Numbered from the stretch's first letter, positions 36,952 through 47,689 are shown. The stretch: DNA of 64,000 bases from a virus (IMGVR_UViG_3300044647_001784:1-64000), one strand, 5' to 3'. Numbers and translations are program-made. Notes: generated by a model not told the origin, from the letters alone.

Positions 36952-37071
36952 GTTGTAAAACCTCCATTAAATAAATATATATATATTGACTTGCTGTATA
37001 ACTTTAAATTAAGCTGGCTAGGCTCTTTTCCTCTTGGTATAATTTTATCTTACAATCAACTAAAAGGCAAA

Positions 37072-37578
37072 CTAGTCAAATCTACCCTTTGGGCCAACTG
37101 TCCTAGAGTATTTGACCTCTATAATAACATCTGCCGCCAAGAAGCCTGCTAGCTCTGTAGATGGCTCTGTTGGGGACATCTCTAGTATAAGGGTGTTGTG
37201 GAATATGATCTTGTCTGTTGATCTTGATTTATTTAGGTCTCTGGCTGAATCGTCCATTCTTCTAAAAACATCCATCATCATGTTTCTGATTATATTGATT
37301 TCGGCAAAGTCCACTGAGTATATTGTAAAGGATATCTTCTCACAGCATATAAGCCAATTTTCTTCATAGGTGCTTCCAATCTTGTCATAAACAATATGGG
37401 TCTTGCCGCTTAAGAATTGATTCATTTCTGGAGCCTGCTGAACTGGAATAATTGGAATTATAGATTCGCCAAGATTATCGCTATAGTAAGCATTTTGATC
37501 AATTATGTTATTTGACAAAAGCTCTTGCCAAAGATGTTTTCTTATCTCGTACATGGCGTCTATTCCATAATTAGTCAT
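37072..37578 (-). CDS. Tail terminator-like protein
   Basis: Size and position immediately upstream of the major tail gene. Confidence 0.6.
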   Translation of the reverse strand: MTNYGIDAMYEIRKHLWQELLSNNIIDQNAYYSDNLGESIIPIIPVQQAPEMNQFLSGKTHIVYDKIGSTYEENWLICCEKISFTIYSVDFAEINIIRNMMMDVFRRMDDSARDLNKSRSTDKIIFHNTLILEMSPTEPSTELAGFLAADVIIEVKYSRTVGPKGRFD

Positions 37579-38372
37579 TAAAATACTCCTCCGAATTTTT
37601 CTGTTAGTGCCGCCTCGGCCTGTAGTCTAATTGTACCTGGACTAAAGGAATAACGCACCTTGGCAATAGATGAAGGAACTTTCATCGCTCTTTCAAATTT
37701 AGCTCCGAATAGGTTCTGAAATCCAGACATCTTTATTGAGTTGCTAACCATTGGTCCGCTAAAATATCTACTATATGTTAAATCGAATTGATTTGTTGAT
37801 GCTCTGCCTCCAGGGCTCTTTACTGTAACTGACTTACCCTTTGGCATAAAAACCTTTTCTCCATCAATTTCAAAAACTAATCTCTCAGCAGATTTTGGTC
37901 TAATTACAACTGGCATTCCTTTTTCCATAACAGCTGCTTTTCTTTCAAAAACATATCTACTTGTCTGCTCTCTATTTTTAGATGGGACCGAAGATTTTGA
38001 AATCTTAAACTCATAGTTAATTCTAAATGATAGCCCAACTCCGTCTAGCTGGTTTAATTTAAAAAGACGAGCAGTTGCTTGTCCTGTCTTATTCCACTCA
38101 TATACATGATGTAATGACTTTGGCTTTGTTCTGGCTTGCGAATCAATAAACAAACCAAAATCTTTTTCTATCTGATTAAATATTGTTGTCTTAAATAGTC
38201 TTTGAAATGCCTTATTGGATTCTAGTCTGGCTGCAACATTAGCCTGATAGTAAAGAAATGCAGATATCTGTGCCACATTGCTATCTCTTAAAACTCCTGC
38301 TTGAGGTGCACCTACCATCAATCTCTCTAGACCAGAAGAAGCTTGAAGTAATGCTACTCCACTAGTCTCCAA
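37578..38372 (-). CDS. Neck/tail completion protein
   Basis: Position in the head-tail cluster; LHHVYEW motif. Confidence 0.55.
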   Translation of the reverse strand: METSGVALLQASSGLERLMVGAPQAGVLRDSNVAQISAFLYYQANVAARLESNKAFQRLFKTTIFNQIEKDFGLFIDSQARTKPKSLHHVYEWNKTGQATARLFKLNQLDGVGLSFRINYEFKISKSSVPSKNREQTSRYVFERKAAVMEKGMPVVIRPKSAERLVFEIDGEKVFMPKGKSVTVKSPGGRASTNQFDLTYSRYFSGPMVSNSIKMSGFQNLFGAKFERAMKVPSSIAKVRYSFSPGTIRLQAEAALTEKFGGVF

Positions 38373-38790
38373 TTAACTGGCTCTCTGATCTTTTAGCAAT
38401 TGAGTTGTAAGCCATTAAATTACCAAATGGGTCTGTTATTGGTGTTGAGCTTGTTATTTCAAATACTGTTGGAGTATCGTTTGGATAGTTCAATTCTATC
38501 CAAATTGGATTATTTGAGTTGTCTCTGATATTAGTTACTTTTTCTCTGTATGTCAATCTTGTTTCTGTTCTAATCTCAATAGTTTGATTGTCTACATACT
38601 TAACAGAGATTGCTCTATTGTCCCCGCCTCTGCTTGTAGCAGAGTTTGTTATTATTCCTTTTGCAAAACAAGGTATAGTTCTTTGATATATCCAAGACTT
38701 TTTAATTGCACCAGTGTTTGGATCCTGATAATCATCTTGAGCATAAACATCTATTTTCATGCTAAGAATAGAGTCTACGAGTCTGTTCAT
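38362..38790 (-). CDS. Head closure (stopper) protein
   Basis: QDPNTGAIKKSW...IPCFAKG pattern; follows the adaptor. Confidence 0.6.
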   Translation of the reverse strand: MNRLVDSILSMKIDVYAQDDYQDPNTGAIKKSWIYQRTIPCFAKGIITNSATSRGGDNRAISVKYVDNQTIEIRTETRLTYREKVTNIRDNSNNPIWIELNYPNDTPTVFEITSSTPITDPFGNLMAYNSIAKRSESQLIGD

Positions 38791-39770
38791 TATATCAAAA
38801 CCATAGTGCTTAAGACATACTCAGACAGAAGCTGATCAGCGTAATTGTTTCCAGTTCCGCTAAATGTTGCAGTGTCATATTCAAACTGCCAGTCAAATGT
38901 CTGTATGCTCTTTAAGTACTTGTTTCTCCAGTCTTTATCTTTAGAGAAGAAGTCTTTCATTAACTCTATGGTAGCTAACTCAACTTCATACGGTACTTGA
39001 TCCCAGCCATATCTTCCTTCAATTCTATAAGCTCCACCATTTACAAAAGACCCATTATTGTAGTCATTAATACTTGGAGGGACCATTCCGTTTGCTGTGT
39101 AAACTACATTATCTAATAAGCCAGACTTATTTACTTTTATTCCAAATCCACTAGAAGATATTTCTACTGGGACATTCCAATTATCAATATTATTTATTCT
39201 ATCAATAAGAAGTATGTCGTTTAGATGTATGGAATGTATCTCATTTATTTTGTGTGGCAATGGGAGAATTTCTGATCCAGTTGCGTATATCACATTTACA
39301 TCATCATATAGATAAAACTCTTGTCCAGTGTAGCTTTCAATAAGTTTTCTTGCATATCTTTCTGCTGCTGCTAAATCTACAAATGTTTTGTAGTTGGGAT
39401 CAGATTGATCAAAGCCAAACCCTAAAGCATCTGCAGCATTTGTTAAATCAACATATGGCTTTACAACATCAAGAAGATGCTCTTTAACTACACTTTCTTC
39501 ATCTACTTCATATTCCCAAACTAGCCTCAATGTCCTTGGTCTATTCGTTAAGGATATTGGAGGGTATACCAAATATACGCCTCTATCTGTTTCTGCCTCT
39601 TCGGCAGTTTGGGTTAGAAGTAAAGTGTTTGGATTTATAGAAGGCTCTATTGATGGATCATTTGTTACATCATAAAATTTAACAGTAGGCAAAGAGTCTG
39701 CTTGAGCTATCCCGCCCTTCCAAAATACTCTTTGCTTTACTGGTGAGTTTGTTCCTACTATAATTTCCAT
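38790..39770 (-). CDS. Head-to-tail adaptor
   Basis: ARKLIESYTGQEF...YGWDQVPYEVELAT...DQLLSEY. Confidence 0.75.
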   Translation of the reverse strand: MEIIVGTNSPVKQRVFWKGGIAQADSLPTVKFYDVTNDPSIEPSINPNTLLLTQTAEEAETDRGVYLVYPPISLTNRPRTLRLVWEYEVDEESVVKEHLLDVVKPYVDLTNAADALGFGFDQSDPNYKTFVDLAAAERYARKLIESYTGQEFYLYDDVNVIYATGSEILPLPHKINEIHSIHLNDILLIDRINNIDNWNVPVEISSSGFGIKVNKSGLLDNVVYTANGMVPPSINDYNNGSFVNGGAYRIEGRYGWDQVPYEVELATIELMKDFFSKDKDWRNKYLKSIQTFDWQFEYDTATFSGTGNNYADQLLSEYVLSTMVLI

Positions 39771-39785
39771 TTGTTGCGTTTAAGC

Positions 39786-40181
39786 TTAGCCGTAATATTC
39801 CTGAACTTCCTTTGGTGTGGCTAAACGAAAACCCTCCTCTTTATCAAAAATTTGTTGAGCTGAATCTTTGTGCATTGCTACAAACGGATGGGTCTGAGTA
39901 AATGTATGTCCCATAATATCATATCTATGGTTTGCTCTTGTCATCATAACTAATACTGTATCCTCTGTGCGCTCTGCCTTTGGATCAAATACTGGTAGGA
40001 CCTCAACCTCTTCTTTTGCATCTTCTACATCTTTAAGTGTTTTTTCATATACTGCATATGTAACACCTTCTTCTGCTAGTGCTGCAATTATATCCTGCTT
40101 GTTCTTAAGCCCGTCTGTTTCAACTGCAAACTCTTCTGCAATTGCCTTTAGATCCGCGACCTTTAATGTGTCAAAAGACAT
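39786..40181 (-). CDS. Head-region protein with Rho-N/HeH-like N-terminus
   Basis: LKVADLKAIAEEFAV...KQDIIAAL; follows the capsid gene. Confidence 0.6.
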   Translation of the reverse strand: MSFDTLKVADLKAIAEEFAVETDGLKNKQDIIAALAEEGVTYAVYEKTLKDVEDAKEEVEVLPVFDPKAERTEDTVLVMMTRANHRYDIMGHTFTQTHPFVAMHKDSAQQIFDKEEGFRLATPKEVQEYYG

Positions 40182-40232
40182 TTAATACTCCTTTTTCTAG
40201 GTAAAACCATTATAGCATTGTATAATTAAAAT

Positions 40233-40264
40233 GAAAAGCCCCCAAATTTAATTGGGGGCTTTTC
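40233..40264 (-). terminator. Rho-independent terminator after major capsid gene
   Basis: GAAAAGCCCCCAA...TTGGGGGCTTTTC. Confidence 0.85.
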
Positions 40265-40280
40265 TGTGATTAATTCCTAA

Positions 40281-41330
40281 TTAGGAAGCAACCTTAACGT
40301 TCTTTACAACGACCCAAGCGTCTGCCTGCTCGATTTGAACGCCAACACGAGTATACATTGTGTACTCGATTGAGTCCTTGCGTGGCCAGAAGAATCGGTA
40401 AACAGTTACGTCACGCTTAACACCAACAACAACGTTGTTAGGGAATGTTAAGTGAACATCTCCGTGTGATCCTGTAGCCTGTGCGTAATCGCCAGTCTGT
40501 GTCTCTGGAAGAAGTGGAACTTCAACGATTGGAATACCGAAAGCGTATGGAGCTACGTATCCTGCTGGTCCACCTAGAGGAGCTACATCTCCACGGATGA
40601 TGCCTGAAGCAATATCCTGTGGGTTAACATTCTGGATGTTTTGTGATGTTGCGTATAGGTAATCCTGGATCAAGTTAGATCCTGCAAGGAAGCGTAGGTC
40701 TGTGCGACGCTGCTTGTACTTACGTGGAAGTGCCTTAAGTGCTGAGTTAAATACAGCACGAGAAAGTCCTGCACCTGCTGCGTCTACGACGTGTGCATTT
40801 GCCTTGGCCTTCTTTACAACACCGTCAAATGCCTTGTAAAGAGCATCTGATGAAAGTGCTGTGTTACCGTTAAGTAGAACGTCTTCAATATCGTTACCAG
40901 CCTGAGTTGCCATCATACGTGCGATGTGGTCTTCTAGATCTGGACCTTCGATATTGTCTTCTAGTGACTCTGTTGAGAGCTCCCAGTCAAGACGTAGCTT
41001 CTTTGTTGTGAGAGAGATCTTTGAGAATGTGACTGCTGCGTTTGTGCCAGTGTTGTCACCTTCTGTTGCGAGCTTCATAAGCTTCTCGCCTACTCCGACT
41101 CTATCAATTTCTGTTGTGTCAGACTTCATTCTAACTGTACGTGCGACTTTTCCGATTACGGTTGCGTCGAACATATAGTCTAGGAAACGAGCTGATTGCT
41201 CTGGGTTGAGAAGACCACCATTGCCATTTTCAGACGCAGTGTGAATTCCATCTCCACCAGTTGTTGATGCGAAAGTACCTGTAGCTGTTGTACCAGCTGC
41301 GATTGCTTTCTCTAATGTTTCATTACTCAT
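40281..41330 (-). CDS. Major capsid protein (HK97 fold)
   Basis: GGLLNPEQSARF, ELSTESLEDNIEG, NDIEDVLLNG, FGIPIVEVP; follows the protease. Confidence 0.92.
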   Translation of the reverse strand: MSNETLEKAIAAGTTATGTFASTTGGDGIHTASENGNGGLLNPEQSARFLDYMFDATVIGKVARTVRMKSDTTEIDRVGVGEKLMKLATEGDNTGTNAAVTFSKISLTTKKLRLDWELSTESLEDNIEGPDLEDHIARMMATQAGNDIEDVLLNGNTALSSDALYKAFDGVVKKAKANAHVVDAAGAGLSRAVFNSALKALPRKYKQRRTDLRFLAGSNLIQDYLYATSQNIQNVNPQDIASGIIRGDVAPLGGPAGYVAPYAFGIPIVEVPLLPETQTGDYAQATGSHGDVHLTFPNNVVVGVKRDVTVYRFFWPRKDSIEYTMYTRVGVQIEQADAWVVVKNVKVAS

Positions 41331-41345
41331 ATTATTTCACCTACC

Positions 41346-42713
41346 CTAGTTAAATATTTCGTTTACGGAACCGAGGAAAGAACCGTTCCATTTTGATTTG
41401 TTTACTGCTTGTACCGCAGACCCGCCGAGGTCTGAGGACTTCTTAATTGCTGTATCGCCTTCTACGGCATCTACACGCTTTTGAACACCATCAATGGTGC
41501 CCTTTATTTCTGTTACAGCTGCACTAAGTGCGCTGTGCTTTTCTGCTAATTCTGTGATTTGAGCATTTAAGCCCTTGCTAAAAGTCTCTACAGTTTCTTT
41601 GATTTCAGAAACCTGTAATGCATTTGCCTCTGTAGCCTTGCTAAGAGTATCTGCAAAGAATCCCTTTAGGTCTACTAACATTTTTGCAAAATCAGGCTCT
41701 TGTCCTTCAACTGCAGCTGACGCATCTGCGTCTACTGACTTAAAGACATCTACAGAAGCAGAGTCTGCATCTTCTGCTTTAGCAGCTGGTGCATCTTCGA
41801 CGGCCTTGACGTTAGTCTCAACCATGGTCTCTTCAACGACGACAACTTCTTCAGCAGCTGGTGCTTCTGCAACTGGTGCTTCTGCAACTACTGGATCTGT
41901 ACCGTGTACGTTTAGTTTTTCCACTTCATTACCTCCTTGTGCGTTTGCCTGTTTTGCTATTGTTTGTGTTGCAGGCAACGTAACTCTTGACTTCTTGAAT
42001 GAAGCAAGAACTTTATCTATCTCTTTTGATTTGTTTATGTCTGAGCTTTCAACCCATCCAATTAGCGTAGCCTCTTTACCAGTAACTGGAGATGAGTATG
42101 TCTTGTCTGTCGAGATGAAAACAGAGTCGCTATCTTCGCAATAAAAAATATTTTCTGTGACAACATCTGCTGCCATTCCTTTAAAAATAAGTTGACCATT
42201 CATTTTTTCTATTGAAATAATATTGCACATTTCATTTGCTGGTGAATCTACAATTGAAAGTTCTACTAAGTCATATTCTTTAATAAAACGAACAGACTCT
42301 CCTGTTGCCTTATTTATTTCATTATCTGAATCTTTAATCTTTCCGCCAATTGAAAAACCAGAAAGAGTTCCATCAAGAACCTTCTCCCAAGTATCCTGTG
42401 CGCCCTTTGATATGTATGAAGTTACATAAACTCCATTATAAAATTCTTTTGATTTTTGATCGTAGTAAGTCTCTGGCTTAAATGAAACTACTTTGCCAAC
42501 TGCAAGTGGCTGATGCATCTCTCTAAGATTTCCTCTAAATGCTTCAAATGCCTTTAGGCTTGCTTCTGCTGTTACGACGTCACCAGTTTGATCTACATTA
42601 TCTAGAGTTGCAAATCCAGACACGGTTCTATTCTCCCTGTTTACTTTTGTAAAAGGAACAGATAAATGAAGGTTTTGGCCGTCAGAAGACCACTGACTTT
42701 TTTCTATGTTCAT
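41346..42713 (-). CDS. Prohead protease fused to scaffold-like region
   Basis: VSGFAT...LREMH...GFSIGG...ELSIVDSPAN; acidic Ala/Glu linker and C-terminal coiled coil. Confidence 0.9.
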   Translation of the reverse strand: MNIEKSQWSSDGQNLHLSVPFTKVNRENRTVSGFATLDNVDQTGDVVTAEASLKAFEAFRGNLREMHQPLAVGKVVSFKPETYYDQKSKEFYNGVYVTSYISKGAQDTWEKVLDGTLSGFSIGGKIKDSDNEINKATGESVRFIKEYDLVELSIVDSPANEMCNIISIEKMNGQLIFKGMAADVVTENIFYCEDSDSVFISTDKTYSSPVTGKEATLIGWVESSDINKSKEIDKVLASFKKSRVTLPATQTIAKQANAQGGNEVEKLNVHGTDPVVAEAPVAEAPAAEEVVVVEETMVETNVKAVEDAPAAKAEDADSASVDVFKSVDADASAAVEGQEPDFAKMLVDLKGFFADTLSKATEANALQVSEIKETVETFSKGLNAQITELAEKHSALSAAVTEIKGTIDGVQKRVDAVEGDTAIKKSSDLGGSAVQAVNKSKWNGSFLGSVNEIFN

Positions 42714-42766
42714 ATGCTTAATTTTATACTTATCTATCTAAAAAGGCAAATCGCAGTTGATTGGAT

Positions 42767-44350
42767 TTAGTCAACTCTGCTTCCGTCGCCTTTTGCATTT
42801 CTTCCTTCTCCGACTTTATCGGAAGAGGCTGCGGATCTTTCTGAATCTCTGGCTCTAGTTTTCCCAGCCGTTGCTTTTTGGTCAGCTGCCTGCTGAGGCC
42901 TTAGATCTACCATTTCATCTCCGCCTTCCACTGGAATCATACCTTTTTTAATTCTAACTTCATTAGGGGTAATTACCTGCATTCTAAGATATCTTTCATC
43001 TATTTGAGATTGCGTGTCTTCATCAGTTAATGTCAGCTCTTCGAATTTAATTTTTAGGGCGTCAGTCTTTTCTTCAATTATTGCATTAATTCTTTTTTCT
43101 AGTCTCATTTGTGCTGGACGACAAACCTGCTCTTTAAATGTTTTGTCTGCGTCTCTTGCAACCGCTAAATTAACTCCTTCTGGAGTTCCAATTTTATTAA
43201 TTGGCACACGGTGAGCCAATAGTATTTCATCTCTATTAGATTGTCGATAAATATTAAATGATGATTCTTGAGCTCCAGCTTCAACTGGCTCCATTTTAAA
43301 TTCAACCTTGTTGTCTGGAGTATCCGCTGGAAGCGGGATATAAAGTGATCTATGGTTTTTCCCCTTTAGTCCAACCTGGAAAAATTCTAGCAACTTTCTT
43401 TCTGACTCTGGAGAAAGTTTTGCTCCCTTTACTGTAATAATATATCTTGGTACCGCTTTATTCTCAAAGTAATCTAGGTTATATCTTCCAGCAAATTCAT
43501 TGCCAGCCAATGACATTTGTGCAGCAACAATATCTGGTATTCCATAATAGTTGTTCATCGGAGTATACTTCTTTAGATGAATGATTTCATTTGGACGATC
43601 CTCAACATCACCAATTGGGTTGGGTGTATCTAAATCTCCAAAGTTTCTAAAAAATACAGCCTTGCCATAAAGCAGCTGCATGAATCCATCACGAAGTCTT
43701 CTTACTCTCATTGTCTTTGCTGGGATATGTCCAATATATCCTATATCTCCTGCTGTTGTTCTTCCAATTTCAATATAGCCATTACCTGTAGCTTCTAAAT
43801 CAGTGTAAACTTTTATTAAAGTTTCAGTAAATGTATCTTCATCGTTAGTAGTGTCGAGCCACTCTTGTAGGTCCTGCTTTAACTTATTAAGCTTACGTCT
43901 AGCTCTTTCTAATTGCTTTGTATCTGTTATTGCGTCTATAGCATCATTAGTTTTTCTAGTTTCAGTAAATGAGTACCCTAGTCCAACTATATTTGCTACC
44001 TTTGCATTGATTGCAGCATAGTTATAAGTTGATACCTCATAAATTTGAGACAAATACTCTAGGTTATATACTGGCTGCACAAGGTCGAACATAGCATATC
44101 CAGTTACAGCCTGCTGAAGAAGATTCTGTTGTGTTGCTGCACCATCTTTACCAGTAAATGATTTTGCAAAATCTCTGTTTACTTTTCTTTTAAAATTGGT
44201 GCCGAGCCCTCTTACTTTTTTAAGTTCATCTATTCCAATTGCAAACGGGTCAACATGCTCTTTTTCTTTCTTAAATGAAAAAAGATCTGAGCTATTTTTT
44301 ACTGATACCTCATATGTATCTTCTGGGCCATCTTCTAAGAATTGTGTCAT
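42767..44350 (-). CDS. Portal protein
   Basis: DLEATGNGYIE, EIIHLK, YYGIP, YFENKAVP, ILLAHRVP, ITPNEVR. Confidence 0.93.
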   Translation of the reverse strand: MTQFLEDGPEDTYEVSVKNSSDLFSFKKEKEHVDPFAIGIDELKKVRGLGTNFKRKVNRDFAKSFTGKDGAATQQNLLQQAVTGYAMFDLVQPVYNLEYLSQIYEVSTYNYAAINAKVANIVGLGYSFTETRKTNDAIDAITDTKQLERARRKLNKLKQDLQEWLDTTNDEDTFTETLIKVYTDLEATGNGYIEIGRTTAGDIGYIGHIPAKTMRVRRLRDGFMQLLYGKAVFFRNFGDLDTPNPIGDVEDRPNEIIHLKKYTPMNNYYGIPDIVAAQMSLAGNEFAGRYNLDYFENKAVPRYIITVKGAKLSPESERKLLEFFQVGLKGKNHRSLYIPLPADTPDNKVEFKMEPVEAGAQESSFNIYRQSNRDEILLAHRVPINKIGTPEGVNLAVARDADKTFKEQVCRPAQMRLEKRINAIIEEKTDALKIKFEELTLTDEDTQSQIDERYLRMQVITPNEVRIKKGMIPVEGGDEMVDLRPQQAADQKATAGKTRARDSERSAASSDKVGEGRNAKGDGSRVD

Positions 44351-44685
44351 GTTACTGATCCCCCTCGCAATACTGAATCTTTGTATTCGCCTATGTCAAG
44401 CGGGTCTGGTGTAAGTCCCCACTTAAGTCTTTGGTTTTGATATTCAAACTCTTCATCATCAATTTTTCTTCTTCCAGACAAAAACTTAGGCTGTCCCTCA
44501 TAAATTCCATAGTGTCTTACTGCATCCGCCAGCAAAGCCATGCGGGCACGATTTCCTTTTTTAGAAGTTATTGAAAGAAAGTTGCCATCGTCGTCACCAA
44601 TCCAGCGTCCGTCTGGCATTTCCCATACGTATATTCCGAGAGTGGTTTCCTCGATTACCTGGCTTTTTTGGTTTAAGATGTCCAT
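44347..44685 (-). CDS. Hypothetical protein upstream of portal
   Basis: ORF overlapping the portal start; own TGATAAACT promoter. Confidence 0.7.
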   Translation of the reverse strand: MDILNQKSQVIEETTLGIYVWEMPDGRWIGDDDGNFLSITSKKGNRARMALLADAVRHYGIYEGQPKFLSGRRKIDDEEFEYQNQRLKWGLTPDPLDIGEYKDSVLRGGSVT

Positions 44686-44770
44686 ATGTTAAACAGTTTA
44701 TCATTATTCTTAGTAAAAGTCCAGTCTTGATGCCAGCCTGATACACTTTTGTTGCAAATTGTGCACCCTA

Positions 44771-46573
44771 CTAGTCAAATTGCCTTATGAAATATGGTGT
44801 TCCATCCTGACCATGGACACTTTCAGATATAGTTACTCCTGGGTCAGTTATAACCTTTGAGTTATCTGAGCAATAAAGCCTGTAGTTAGTTATTGCTTCT
44901 GCGGATGTAAATGCTTTCTCGTAAAAAGCTATGTTGTTATATAGGTTTGAAGTTCCATATTCTGTATCTAATTGATTTTGATTAAACTTAATATTTAAGG
45001 CTGGCTGATTTAATACAATTATAATATGATGGGCAACATCATTTAGCAAAAATGTCGATACATTAGTCTCTGATGTCCTATTTATACCATTTACGTATAT
45101 GGCAGAAATTCCAGCTTTTGTTATTAATCCGTTAGCCGCCCATTTAATTGATGAGGATGCTGAAGAAAATAATACATTTTGTCCACCCCTTGGAGTAAAA
45201 AACATCTCTATTGTTCTTGGCTGAATAGAAAGATCTACAGAAAACCCATGGCCAGAATGCATTGACAGTCCGTTGTATTTATTTTGCATTCTTACTGGGT
45301 AATTGTATTGTCCTACTGCATAGTCGTATGCTGAGTATATTTTTGATCCAGAATTATCTGCATAAAAATCTTTATTTGAATACATATCAATTTCTAACTT
45401 ATCAAAATAAGGTAGGTCAAAGGATGAATCTTGTGTAGTCATTGTTACCCTTATATCTAGTATTGGGCTTCCTGAGTTCTGGTTTTTGTTGTAGTATGGC
45501 ATCGGAGAATTATTTTTGCAAACTACCCATGGCTGATTTGGGATTTGTATTTCAACCAAAATATTATCTACATCCTGCCCATAGCAAATTCTAGAAGAAA
45601 CAATATCTTCTGGATTTGATATATACAGTCTTTCTTGAAAAGAAAATGTTTTTGTTTCTACGGCATCTGTTTCTTCAAACTCAATTCTGTTATATTCTGA
45701 GTTATAATATGCATCTCCAGAAGCAAGTTCTTCTAGTGCTTTTATTCCAGGATACCTATATGAAATGTCTGGTCTTACTGATGCCGAGTTTAATGAAAAA
45801 AGAATTCCATTATTTGAATAAACAATTTGTGAGTACTTTGTCTCTTTGTATCCCGACAGATAATGATTTAATATTTTTGCTTCTTCTAGCTCATAGGCAT
45901 ATATTGCTGCTGAATCAACAATAAATTTTTTGCCTGAGTTGGCTGGTCCCAAGGATAGGTTTAAGCTTGAATTAGTAAATTTAAAGCTATCTACAACTGG
46001 ACTTTCAGAAACAATTTTTCCATCGACATAAAGTGAAATTGTATCTTTAGAAAACATACCTACAACATGCATAGCTTTATTTTTTGTAATCTTATGCCAA
46101 ACCATCTGTGTTGGACTACATTTAAAAATAATATTTTCATTTTTATAGAATAGACCAATTGAATTGGCAGCATCTCCTAGAATAATATATTCGGCATTGT
46201 CATCTTTGGCTGGACTAAACCATATTTCAAATGAGAATGGGCCATCTGGATTTCTATTCATACCAAGTCCTAGGGCTTTTAGGCTTATCTGTGCATTTTC
46301 ATTTATCTCTGTTCCTCTTACTCCCGCCCCAATAATAGGAAGAACTTCCATATCTGAGGTATTAATTGCATAGCCCTCCATTGAATTTCCAGTGTAATCA
46401 ATTATTGGTAGCCCGCTTACAGCAGCATATGATACGCCATTATCTTTTAAATCTTGATATGTTGAATATAGAGTTGTTAAATTGCTGTATACGCCAACTT
46501 CTCCAGAACGAACTTCATCTAGTAAAAAAAATGCAACTGGATTATCTTTTAAGACAGTATATTTATATGACAT
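44771..46573 (-). CDS. LamG/concanavalin-A-like virion protein
   Basis: VLKDNPVAFFLLDE, FSFEIWF, HVVG...LYVDG, and a second LamG-like repeat (HHIIIV). Confidence 0.75.
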   Translation of the reverse strand: MSYKYTVLKDNPVAFFLLDEVRSGEVGVYSNLTTLYSTYQDLKDNGVSYAAVSGLPIIDYTGNSMEGYAINTSDMEVLPIIGAGVRGTEINENAQISLKALGLGMNRNPDGPFSFEIWFSPAKDDNAEYIILGDAANSIGLFYKNENIIFKCSPTQMVWHKITKNKAMHVVGMFSKDTISLYVDGKIVSESPVVDSFKFTNSSLNLSLGPANSGKKFIVDSAAIYAYELEEAKILNHYLSGYKETKYSQIVYSNNGILFSLNSASVRPDISYRYPGIKALEELASGDAYYNSEYNRIEFEETDAVETKTFSFQERLYISNPEDIVSSRICYGQDVDNILVEIQIPNQPWVVCKNNSPMPYYNKNQNSGSPILDIRVTMTTQDSSFDLPYFDKLEIDMYSNKDFYADNSGSKIYSAYDYAVGQYNYPVRMQNKYNGLSMHSGHGFSVDLSIQPRTIEMFFTPRGGQNVLFSSASSSIKWAANGLITKAGISAIYVNGINRTSETNVSTFLLNDVAHHIIIVLNQPALNIKFNQNQLDTEYGTSNLYNNIAFYEKAFTSAEAITNYRLYCSDNSKVITDPGVTISESVHGQDGTPYFIRQFD

Positions 46574-46576
46574 GTC

Positions 46577-47689
46577 TTAAATCTCTTCTAGTGCTTTAAC
46601 TCTCGCTGTAAGCTCTTGTACTGCTTTAATTAATGGTGAAATAAATTGATCGTATCTTAATCCTTGCATAGAATCTTCTTCAGACATATCAATCTTTACC
46701 CAGCCAGCAAAGTCTTCTACTCCAGATTCATCTAAAGCTTCTTTTACTTGCTGAGCTATAAGTCCATAATGAGTTCTTGTTCCAGGAAGTGAAACTAAGT
46801 CTCCATCTACTAATTCTTTCCCGCCCTCAATAAATTTATATTTTACTGGATTTAAATTGTTTATAAAATCTAATCCTAAGTCGGAAGAAAAAATATCTGT
46901 CTTTAGTCTTTCATCAGAAGTATTTATTGTTCCAGTGTTAGAGTATATAGTTTTCCAAAATCTATTTGATGCTACACCAGCACCCGCATCTATTGGCTGT
47001 CCTATTGAGTACAAGTTATTTGCAAGTGGGTACCAGTTTGAGTTTACTCCATATCCAGACGTTGTTGGAATATTTAATGAAATAGTTGTAGGTACTGGAT
47101 CAATAGTTGCACTAGATCCAGGGATTCCTTGTGGGCCTTGTGCTCCAGTTAATCCAGTTGCGCCTCTAGGTATTGTAAAAGCAAATACAGCATTTGTAGC
47201 GGTTCCAGTATTTGTGACAGAAGCATTTGTTCCAGCTGCACCAGTTGTTGTTGTTCCAATTGCTAGTGTAGTTGGCCCTGGTATTCCTTGTGGTCCTGCT
47301 GGGCCAACAGGCCCTTGTGGTAAAACAAGATTTAAAGTTTGTGAGGGACTTGTGCCAGATATAGTTGCATCTGCATTTACACCAGACTCAACAGTTCCTA
47401 TTGAAAGAACATTAGATGGTCCTGGGCCTCCAATTATTCCATCTACACCTCTAGGTAATGTTAAGTTTAATATTGCTGCTTCTGGTGTTCCTACATTTAC
47501 TACTGACGCTGGAGTTGATGCGCTAACAGTTGTTACAGAGCCTATCGTTAAAGTCCCTGAAGGCCCTTGTGGGCCAGGATGAGCATCTAGATAAGCATCT
47601 ACATCAGCAGCAAGGTACCCTAGGTCTCTAGGGACGTCTGGCGTGTCTGTATACTGCGGGTACCTAAACCCTTTTCCTGTTGTGCTCAT
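46577..47689 (-). CDS. Collagen-like fibre protein with C-terminal S74-like chaperone
   Basis: Gly-X-Y runs (GPQGPSG; GPVGPAGPQGIPG; GATGLTGAQGPQGIPG); TSDERLKTDI, GLIAQQV, LIKAVQEL. Confidence 0.85.
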   Translation of the reverse strand: MSTTGKGFRYPQYTDTPDVPRDLGYLAADVDAYLDAHPGPQGPSGTLTIGSVTTVSASTPASVVNVGTPEAAILNLTLPRGVDGIIGGPGPSNVLSIGTVESGVNADATISGTSPSQTLNLVLPQGPVGPAGPQGIPGPTTLAIGTTTTGAAGTNASVTNTGTATNAVFAFTIPRGATGLTGAQGPQGIPGSSATIDPVPTTISLNIPTTSGYGVNSNWYPLANNLYSIGQPIDAGAGVASNRFWKTIYSNTGTINTSDERLKTDIFSSDLGLDFINNLNPVKYKFIEGGKELVDGDLVSLPGTRTHYGLIAQQVKEALDESGVEDFAGWVKIDMSEEDSMQGLRYDQFISPLIKAVQELTARVKALEEI

